A DNA stretch of 16,916 nucleotides from NCBI GenBank assembly GCA_034440375.1, contig JAWXBZ010000233.1:1-16916 (forward strand). Direction: 5' to 3'. This document shows positions 8,685 to 15,994 of this stretch, piece after piece. The notes under the pieces were generated by a model, which saw only the letters and a list, made by a program, of their open reading frames with translations, did no database searches and was not told where the DNA came from. The stretch's first letter is position 1. Each line of letters begins with the position of its first letter. Source of the DNA: Candidatus Eiseniibacteriota bacterium. Lineage in GTDB: Bacteria; Eisenbacteria; RBG-16-71-46; JABDJR01; JAWXBZ01. Made by a program: the position numbers and the translations under genes.

Positions 8685-9404
8685 CTAGCGGCCGGTATGG
8701 GCCTTGATCCGGCTCCAGGTGGTGGGCGCGACCGGTACTACGGGGCACGGGGGCCTGCAGGGGTTGCCGTCATTGAAGCTGCCCGTGTTGCTGAAATCGG
8801 CCCGGGCCAGCTGCTCGGTGTGAGTGAGGTCGCTCGTAAGCACCTTTTCGACCAGCGCGCACGACACCATCTTGGCCAGATGATCGACCGGACGCGGGAT
8901 GATCGCGAACGAGCCGGGCGAGTAGGCCGCCATGTAGAAATAGCCGGCCACGGCGACCGGGTTTCGCTGGCAATTGTTGACGAAGTCCCAGGTGATAATG
9001 GTGCCCCCTCCGGGAGAGGGCCATTGGGGTGATGGGGTCGGAAATTCCAGCGTAGCGCAGAGCGTCCAAGAGAAGATGCAGATCAGGCTCCCTGTTCCGA
9101 CGGGGTCGTACTGTCCCCGCTAATCGATCCCGAATTGAATTCCGGCGATGCCATCGCCGACGGTCCATGTGGAGTCCGACGGGGCGGCAAGAACGAAGAG
9201 GTGATGGTTCGTGTTGAGGGAGCCATGGGAAACGGCATCGGCGCAGCAGGTTGGAATCGACCCGGAGCATTGGACTTTAGTCGTGGCCGGCCTGACGTGG
9301 AGCAGAATCTTGCCACCGCGATAGGGCGTCGCCACGGCCGATTCGACGCCGCCGAGGGTGGAACCGAGGAGAAGCAGCGAGAACATGGATCGCGTTATGA
9401 GCAT
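8685..9404 (-). pseudogene. Secreted Cys-rich protein with C-terminal TTWSRIKA motif, interrupted by one in-frame TAG (9120-9122)
   Basis: ORFs 9120..9446 and 8685..8951 share a frame. Read-through gives ...GIQFGID*RGQYDPVGTGSLICIFSWTLCATLEFPTPSPQWPSPGGGTIITWDFVNNCQRNPVAVAGYFY...VPVAPTTWSRIKAHTGR*. ATG 9404 has an SD (GGAG) and a signal peptide. Confidence 0.75.
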
Positions 9405-9494
9405 GGGTACTCCGCGGGAGACCTGTCGGACCGGGGCTACAGGCAATATAGGAGAGGACCGCAGTTTCAGCCATCCGGTTGACCGCCGCCAGTG

Positions 9495-10715
9495 TCAGAA
9501 TACTTCCGGACACCAGGGTGCACGATCGCGCGGAAACAGCGCGTCCGCGCGGGAGGCCGCCCCCGGCCGTCGTTCCTCGATGTGGCCGGCCCGGGCCAAC
9601 TGGCCGAAGCTGAAGCCGCCGAGGTAGATCGAGCCGAGCGCGTTGACCTCGAGCGCCAGGTCGGGCGCCGCCGATGTTCGCTCGACCCCGTCCGCCGCGA
9701 CCCGGTATCGCCCCTCGTTCCAGGGGCAGAAGTGATCGGAAACTTCGATGACGACAGGCTCAGCCGGGGCGATCGTCCGAGCCGCGAGCGCGCGGGGAAC
9801 ATCGACCAGTCGGACCCAGAGGGCGTCGGCAAGCCGCATCTTCATGAGGCGCGGCCGGGCCAGGAGGAACAGAAGCGGATGGTCGATCGGCAGGAGGCTG
9901 GCCTTGATGTGGACGACCCAGTCGACATCCAGGAGAAAGCGCCAGATGGCGCGGGTAGCATCGAGGGTCGAACCGATCGCCTCGATGACGTTCAGGAAGC
10001 CACTGGAGATGCCGGATTCGAACGACTGGTGCAAGCGATACAGGGCGTAACCCCGCGGTTCGCCGTCGACGGTCAGGAGCACGCGGTTCAGGACGCCACC
10101 GCCCCCGGCCCGGGCCCGGTCGGAATCGGCCAGCCGCCGCAATTTCCACCAGTCCGGCGTGCGGGAGAACATTCCGGGTTGTCCGCGTCGCACCGCTTCG
10201 TACACCGTCGAGAACGGCTCGAACGCCTCCTCCTCCGTGACGATCCGCGTGACGCCGGTCGATTCGAACCGGCGCTCGAACTCGCCGGCGGCGCTCGGGA
10301 TTTCGACGTCACCGCTGAGAGACGAAAGGCCGTAACCGAAGCGTCGGTAGATCGTCTCCTCGGAGGCCCACAGCCAGGCCACCGGTTCCCCGCGCCGGTG
10401 AATGTCGTCGAGCTGCGCGCGCATCATGGCGCGCAGGATTCCCCGGCGCCGGTGCGTGGGCAGCACGCCCACGACCGTGACGCCCGCCGAAGGCACCGTG
10501 CCGCCCGGCACGCTCATCTCGAAGGTGAAGGCCCCGGCCCCGGCGACAACATCTCCGTTGTCCCGGACCGCCAGCATGCGGGGGATCTCGATCGTGCGCG
10601 ACCACCGTGCCATGTCGTGGTCGGTGAAGCCGCCGCCGAAGTAGTGCATGATCGGATTGAGGGCGGCGGCCAGATCCTCGACCGACGCACAGGGTGATAC
10701 TCCGACTTCCATCAT
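9495..10715 (-). CDS. eis: Eis-like GNAT acetyltransferase with C-terminal SCP2-like domain
   Basis: VTVVGVLPTHRRRGIL, LWASEETIYRRFGYG, LWVRLVDVPRALAAR, CPWNEGRY, LGSIYLGG and C-terminal PWCPEVF. Start reassigned to ATG 10715 (SD GGGAG). Confidence 0.9.
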   Translation of the reverse strand: MMEVGVSPCASVEDLAAALNPIMHYFGGGFTDHDMARWSRTIEIPRMLAVRDNGDVVAGAGAFTFEMSVPGGTVPSAGVTVVGVLPTHRRRGILRAMMRAQLDDIHRRGEPVAWLWASEETIYRRFGYGLSSLSGDVEIPSAAGEFERRFESTGVTRIVTEEEAFEPFSTVYEAVRRGQPGMFSRTPDWWKLRRLADSDRARAGGGGVLNRVLLTVDGEPRGYALYRLHQSFESGISSGFLNVIEAIGSTLDATRAIWRFLLDVDWVVHIKASLLPIDHPLLFLLARPRLMKMRLADALWVRLVDVPRALAARTIAPAEPVVIEVSDHFCPWNEGRYRVAADGVERTSAAPDLALEVNALGSIYLGGFSFGQLARAGHIEERRPGAASRADALFPRDRAPWCPEVF

Positions 10716-10938
10716 CGACTCCCGCCACTCCTGAGCCTGCAGCTTTCCCGGTCCGTGATAATTCCGGTTGAATGACGCCCCAAGAATAAGTGTAACGGTC
10801 GCTGTTGACTCACCAAAAAACGGCGGCTCGCCGCCGGTGCGGCCGAGCGTGAAGCTGATGTGCGCGGTGTCGCCGAAGTCCATCGTCGACTTGAGGGGGC
10901 GGTGAGAGGAAATAGGCCAAGTAGACGACCTGATTTCA

Positions 10939-10963
10939 TAAGTTGTTAATAATAAACATGTTA
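10939..10963 (+). other. 25-bp TAAG..TTA quasi-palindromic element (two inverted IHF-like half sites)
   Basis: TAAGTTGTTAATAATAAACATGTTA; each half is one mismatch from the IHF consensus YAANNNNTTGATW. Confidence 0.45.
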
Positions 10964-11001
10964 TGGTCGAAGTCCCGACCACACCCCGGCAAGATAAAAT
11001 C

Positions 11002-11042
11002 ATAATATACAATTAATGTGACTATATGTATATCATACTATC
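11002..11042 (+). promoter_or_regulatory. Promoter and inverted repeat of DUF4143 gene 2 (leaderless)
   Basis: ATAATATACA (11002-11011)/TGTATATCAT (11027-11036), one mismatch; TATCAT-6nt-ATG; no SD; strongly AT-rich. Confidence 0.45.
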
Positions 11043-12170
11043 ATGATATCCAGACCCTTCTGGCTCAACAGGATAGAGCAGGCATGGACGGAAGCACCGA
11101 TTGCCTGGCTCAGCGGTGTCAGACGTTCCGGCAAGACGACGCTGGCGGAAAGCCTGGGGGTGGAACGCGTCCTCTACATCAACTGCGATCTCCCGTCGGT
11201 CGAGGAGATGGTCCGCGATCCGCAGCTCTTCTTTCGATCCTGCTCGAAGCCCGTGGTGGTGTTTGACGAGATTCACCAACTGCGCGAGCCGGCGCGACTG
11301 CTGAAGATCGGCGCCGACATGTTCCCTGCGTTAAAGATTCTCGCCACCGGATCATCCACACTGGCGGCTACCCGAAAGTTCAAGGACACGCTCACCGGGC
11401 GCAAGCGCATGGTTCATCTCCTGCCGGTGTTGCATGACGAGTTGTCGAACTTCGGCGTGTCCCTGGCCCAACGGTTGTTTCACGGGGGGCTTCCGCAGGC
11501 GATGCTGGCCAAAGTGAAGAAGCCGGACTTCTACCGCGAGTGGCTCGACTCGTACTTCGCCCGCGACATCCAGCGCCTCTTTGGATTCCGGGACATGAAT
11601 CGATTCAACTCACTCTTCGAGTACGCGCTGAAGCAGAGCGGCGGACAGCTCGAAGTTTCGCGAACGGCAAACGCGCTCGGGATCACTCGACCGACCGTGG
11701 AGAGTCACCTCCGGGCACTGGAGACGACCCATGCCGTGACGCTTCTCCGACCGTTCCATGGCGGCGGCCGGGGGGAAATCACGCGGATGGCCAAGATCTA
11801 CGCCTTCGACACTGGCTTCGTGACTTTCGCCCGCGGCTGGGATCCGCTCCGTTCGGAGGACATGGGCATCCTCTGGGAGCATGTCGTCCTCGAGTACCTG
11901 CAGGCGTACCTGGCTGACACGCCGCCCCGGTACTGGCGCGACAAGGCCGGCCATGAAGTCGATTTTGTTCTGCCGACGCAGCGCGACGAAATCAATGCGA
12001 TCGAATGTAAATGGGATCCGGCGGCATTCGACGGCGCCTCCCTCAAGGCGTTCCGTGCGCTGCACCCCCGAGGGCGCAACTATCTCGTGTGCCCCGGTGC
12101 GGACCCTCCCTACGTGAAACGCTCCGGTGACCTTGAAATTACCGTGGGCACGCCCTCGATTTTGCGATGA
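11043..12170 (+). CDS. AAA_14 ATPase + wHTH + DUF4143 (PD-(D/E)xK nuclease-like) protein
   Basis: GVRRSGKT, VVFDEIHQ, ATGSST, LTGRK, KIYAFDTG, WEHVV, YWRDKAGHEVDFVL...AIECKW. Confidence 0.92.
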   Translation: MISRPFWLNRIEQAWTEAPIAWLSGVRRSGKTTLAESLGVERVLYINCDLPSVEEMVRDPQLFFRSCSKPVVVFDEIHQLREPARLLKIGADMFPALKILATGSSTLAATRKFKDTLTGRKRMVHLLPVLHDELSNFGVSLAQRLFHGGLPQAMLAKVKKPDFYREWLDSYFARDIQRLFGFRDMNRFNSLFEYALKQSGGQLEVSRTANALGITRPTVESHLRALETTHAVTLLRPFHGGGRGEITRMAKIYAFDTGFVTFARGWDPLRSEDMGILWEHVVLEYLQAYLADTPPRYWRDKAGHEVDFVLPTQRDEINAIECKWDPAAFDGASLKAFRALHPRGRNYLVCPGADPPYVKRSGDLEITVGTPSILR

Positions 12171-12307
12171 CGGCAGTCGATTGCCGCGACCCGTCCAGGG
12201 CCGGAAGCCCAGGCGCTGCGCGTCAAGACGGATGTGCACTCACCCCATTTCCTCCGCACGAACGGGCCGGCGGCCCTGATCTCAAGCCGAAGAGGTAATG
12301 GTGGGGC

Positions 12308-12445
12308 CTCGCGGCGCTCGCTGATGTCCCGGACGAGCGCGAGGTTGTAACCGTGCCCGTCGTACGCGAAGGAATTCGCGCTGATCTCGACGGGGTAGAA
12401 TCGGCCGCTCTTCGTCCGGAACCGGCTTTCCACGGTCAGTGGCCC
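12308..12445 (-). pseudogene. PAS/PAC domain fragment
   Basis: GPLTVESRFRTKSGRFYPVEISANSFAYDGHGYNLALVRDISERRE is a typical PAC motif; no PAS core or output domain flanks it. Confidence 0.7.
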
Positions 12446-12676
12446 ACGGGCCTGGAAATCGCTCCGGTAATCCGGTATCAGCGCCGATCCTTTTGAGGCT
12501 TCATGAACAGCTCCAACCCTTTCGACCACGGGAGACGGTTGGAAAGTACCGCAGGATTCACCCTGCCGCAAACGAGCCCCTGACTCCGCGGGTTGAATAT
12601 CCGCGCACCCGATCGGCGGGGCGGCCGTTGTTGGAAAGCCTTGCCAGCAGTCCCGCAATGGCGGACTCTTGGCGCC

Positions 12677-13279
12677 ATGGCGCATCCTGATTCCGGCGGT
12701 TCGAGGTCCTCGTCCGCCGACCTCCTCGTCACGACCGAGCTGCTGACGCTGGCCAAGAACGGTGATCGGCAGGCGCTGGAAGTGCTTACGGCCCGCTATC
12801 TTCCCCGCCTGGTCCGCTGGGCCACGGGCCGGCTGCCGGCATCGGCGCGCTCGCTGCTCGATACCCACGACGTAGTGCAGGAAACGCTGCTGCGAGCGAT
12901 TCAGGGGATTGACGGGATCGAGGTGCGCGGACCCGGGGGATTCCAAGCCTACGTTCGCCAGGCGGTATTGAATCGTATCAGGGATCAGATTCGATGGTCG
13001 CGACGACGCCCCGGCCCCGAGGGGGTCCCGGAAGACCTGTATGACGGTCTCCCCTCGCCTCTCGAGAATGCCATCGGGGCGGATGTACTCGATCGCTACG
13101 AACGGGCCCTGACCGACCTTTCCGAGGAGGAACGCCAGTTGCTGCATTTGCGGATCGAGCTCGACTTCAGCTACGAGGAGATCGCGGCGATCACCGAGAG
13201 GCCGAGCCGTGACGCCGTACGCATGGCGATCAAGCGCGCCCTGCTCAAGCTGGCCGAGTCGATGGGCCATGAGTGCTGA
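12677..13279 (+). CDS. ECF sigma-70 family factor (kinase-associated type)
   Basis: AKNGDRQALEVL..RYLPRL, DTHDVVQET, FQAYVRQAVLNRIRD, region 4 LSEEERQLLHLR..SYEEIA..RALLKL. ATG 12677 chosen; overlaps the downstream kinase start by 11 nt. Confidence 0.9.
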   Translation: MAHPDSGGSRSSSADLLVTTELLTLAKNGDRQALEVLTARYLPRLVRWATGRLPASARSLLDTHDVVQETLLRAIQGIDGIEVRGPGGFQAYVRQAVLNRIRDQIRWSRRRPGPEGVPEDLYDGLPSPLENAIGADVLDRYERALTDLSEEERQLLHLRIELDFSYEEIAAITERPSRDAVRMAIKRALLKLAESMGHEC

Positions 13280-14860
13280 GGACCCGACCCGCCGGGACGA
13301 CCACCTGGACGCACTGGCCGGCTCCGTCTCCGACGGAGGCGACATCGACTGGGCACGCGCCACGCAGTCGACCGACAAACGCCGGGCCGGGCCCGCCCCT
13401 GGCGACAGCGGCGGATGCGCCCCGCTGGGCGCACCTCGTGCTGCTCGAACCGATTGGCGTCGGCGCTTCGGGCCAGGTCTGGCGGGCCTGGGACCCCAAT
13501 CTCCAGCGGGATGTGGCCCTGAAATTCCTGGCGTCGTCCGGGCCCGGGGCCAACGCCCACCTCGGCACCCGCCTCGTCGAGGAAGCCCGCTCGCTGGCCC
13601 GCGTCCGGCACCCTGGGGTCGTGGCCGTGCACGGCATCACCGAGGATGAGGGTCGTACCGGCATGTGGATGGACTACCTGCGCGGCCCGACGCTGGCCGA
13701 TGTGGCCGCGATTGGCACCGCCTTGGCCGGCGCCCTCCTCGCGGTGGCTGCTGCGGGCGTGGTCCACGGCGATGTGAAACCCGCGATATCGTGCTCGAAT
13801 CCGACGGGCGGGTCATCCTTACCGATTTCGGACTCGGGCGGCGGCGTGCCCGGCCCGCTGACGGCGGGCTCCGCGGTTCGGGCACTCCGGTCTTCATGGC
13901 GCCGGAACTCCTGGCGGGCGACCCCTCGACGCCATCGTCGGACCTTTACGCCCTCGGCGTGACGCTTCGCTGGGCGTTGACCGGCCGACCACCGTTTCGC
14001 GCCGGCAACCTGCAGGAACTGCGCGCCGAAGCCCTCACGGGTCCGGCGCAATCCTTGCGAGCCGAATGTCCCGACGCGCCGGCCGCGCTGGTGGCGGCCA
14101 TCGAACGCGCCATGGCCCCGTGCCCCGGTGACCGTTTTCCCCACGCGGCCGCGCTGGTATCGGCCTTGATCGAGCCGCCGCGGGTCGCGGCCGGCAACGC
14201 TGGAAACTCGACGCCGCCACGGAGGGCACCTCTCCTTCTGCCCGCGCTGGCGGCGGGCCTGGGCATCGCCGTGCTGTCCGCCCTCTGGCTGGTGCCACGA
14301 ATGAGTGGAAACCGCGCGACCCCGCCGACCGGGACCCTCGAACCGCCCGCCGTCGCGACCACCGCGGCCCCAGCGGAGGGGGTCCCGCAGCCGGCGGTCA
14401 CGACGAAATCCGCCGCACCGGCCGGCGGCTACATCATCGAGGCGGCTCTTGTCAGCAGGAACGGCGGGTCGCATCGACACCTTGCCGCGGGCGACCGCAT
14501 CGCCCCGGGGGACTGGCTGTCGCTGGACTTCATGGCCTCGACGCCGATGTGGGTCTATGTCCTGAACGAAGACGAACGGGGCGAGATGTATCTCCTCTTC
14601 CCGCAGCCGCTCTTTGACCGGACCAACCCGGTACCGCCGGACTCGACCATCGTCCTTTCCGGCCCGATCGGCCGATCCAGTACGCCGCGGTGCCGGGCGC
14701 CGCCATTGAACGGCTTCGCGGCGTCGGCGGCGTGACCCCGCTGCCGGCGACGCAGCCAAGGGCCGGCTCCTTCGCCCGCTTCCAGGCGCTGGCCGGCCGC
14801 GAAGGTGTCGACAGCGGTGTCTGGATCCGCACCATCACGCTGGAAAACCCGCTGCAGTAG
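13269..14860 (+). pseudogene. Membrane Ser/Thr kinase with C-terminal DUF4384-like ectodomain; three frameshifts and probable deletions
   Basis: Segments: MSAEDPTRRDDHLDALAGSVSDGGDIDW.. | IGVGASGQVW..VALK..HGDVKPA | IVLESDGRVILTDFG..GTPVFMAPE..TM helix..GDWLSLDF..VYVLNEDERGEMYLLFP..GPIG | PIQYAAVPGAAIERLRGVGGVTPLP..GVWIRTITLENPLQ* (TAG 14858-14860). Shifts near 13390, 13786 and 14671. Confidence 0.85.
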
Positions 14861-14915
14861 CCTTGATCGCCGAGGCCGAGAGGTAATAAGCAAGCCCGGT
14901 CGGATATCTTCCGGC

Positions 14916-15956
14916 CTACTGCGGCGCGACAAACCCGGTCAGCGGGTGCCCGTAGTATGCCTCGGTCTTCCAGGCGGCCTTGTTCCAGGGCGGGACATCC
15001 AGCCTCACCTCGACCGGGACGATGACCCGGTCGGTGCCGAGCTTGTTGGCCGTGGCGAGGCCGTTGTCGAAGGATCCATCCGGGTTGACCGTGAACTTGA
15101 CCACGCGGGCCAGCTTGCCGCCGGCCAGGCACTTCACCTCGTAGGCGCCGGGGTTCTTGCTGAGATCGTAGTTGGGTTCGTAGCCGGACGCGGCGGTCTC
15201 CGCGTTGCCGTAGACGCCGATCAGCTCGCAGTCCACCTCCCAGTACATGCGATGGGTCGGATCGAAGTCCTTGACATCGCCGATGCCGCATCCTTCGTTC
15301 TGGGCGACTTCCTTGCCGTTGAGAAACAGGTACGTCCTGACGCCGCCGGGACGACCGCGATACCAGGTGACGACATGCAGGCCACGGTCACTCATGTAGA
15401 GGTAGCCGATCGGCAGGCGCCAGTCGTCGTTGACCAGGAGGTCCGCGGTCGACTCGTCGCCTGGACTCACGAGCATCTTCTCGTACTGGAGCTTCCCCTC
15501 GTAGATGACGCTGTTGGTCTCGGTCAGCTCATTGCGAATTCCAATGCTGAACTCGATCGTGCCGGCCGGTATCTTGCCGGGATAGATGAAGCCGTGATTC
15601 GAGGACACCACGCTGCCGCAGTTGATGGCCCAGCGATTCTCGTGGCCCCAGACGTCGTCAAGCGCGGCATCCTGCCGCAGCGGCGGCTTCCCGGCCGCTC
15701 GAAATTCCACCCAGGGGGTAGCACCGCTCGGCAGCTCGCCGTTCAGATGACAGCTGATTTCCGGGTACAGGATGAGGTCGGTCCCCTTGCACGCCTCGTC
15801 GTTCATGGTGCAACTCCGCGCGGTGACCTTGATCCGAATCGTGTCCTTGGCGACGGTCATCTCGTCCGCGGCCAGCGCCGGATGGATGTTTCCGGCGAGG
15901 AGCAGGGCCACGACTGAAACCAGGAACGGCGGCATGGAACGGCTCTTGAAGTACAT
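14916..15956 (-). CDS. Secreted hypothetical protein (346 aa)
   Basis: ATG 15956 with SD AAGGGAGG; signal peptide ending PALA-A; GC3-rich codons; beta-rich with several Cys. No family recognised. Confidence 0.8.
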   Translation of the reverse strand: MYFKSRSMPPFLVSVVALLLAGNIHPALAADEMTVAKDTIRIKVTARSCTMNDEACKGTDLILYPEISCHLNGELPSGATPWVEFRAAGKPPLRQDAALDDVWGHENRWAINCGSVVSSNHGFIYPGKIPAGTIEFSIGIRNELTETNSVIYEGKLQYEKMLVSPGDESTADLLVNDDWRLPIGYLYMSDRGLHVVTWYRGRPGGVRTYLFLNGKEVAQNEGCGIGDVKDFDPTHRMYWEVDCELIGVYGNAETAASGYEPNYDLSKNPGAYEVKCLAGGKLARVVKFTVNPDGSFDNGLATANKLGTDRVIVPVEVRLDVPPWNKAAWKTEAYYGHPLTGFVAPQ

Positions 15957-15994
15957 CGATCCTCCCTTGAGAAAGTGTCGGAAACCCGAGGCCA

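Noticed and set aside
9120-9122. Genome-wide TAG reassignment
   Set aside because: TAG ends the M13, VapC, 8685, 14860 and 14916 reading frames, at natural C-termini where the family is recognisable, so it is a normal stop here.
10716-11012. 99-aa N-terminal extension of the Eis ORF (505-aa call)
   Set aside because: It runs through the AT-rich promoter of the divergent gene. Eis similarity and an SD begin at 10715. The 10840-10900 part may be unrelated debris.
4228-12170. Recent duplication or composite transposon formed by the two DUF4143 genes
   Set aside because: The proteins share only family motifs, and no long DNA identity, terminal repeats or target-site duplication is visible.
12110-13378. 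422-aa minus-strand ORF as a real PAS protein
   Set aside because: Mostly antisense to the ECF gene; only the 46-codon PAC piece is protein-like.
14874-14916. Bidirectional terminator between the convergent kinase and secreted gene
   Set aside because: Only an imperfect GGCCGAGAGGTA/TATCTTCCGGCC pairing with a long loop and no U-tracts.
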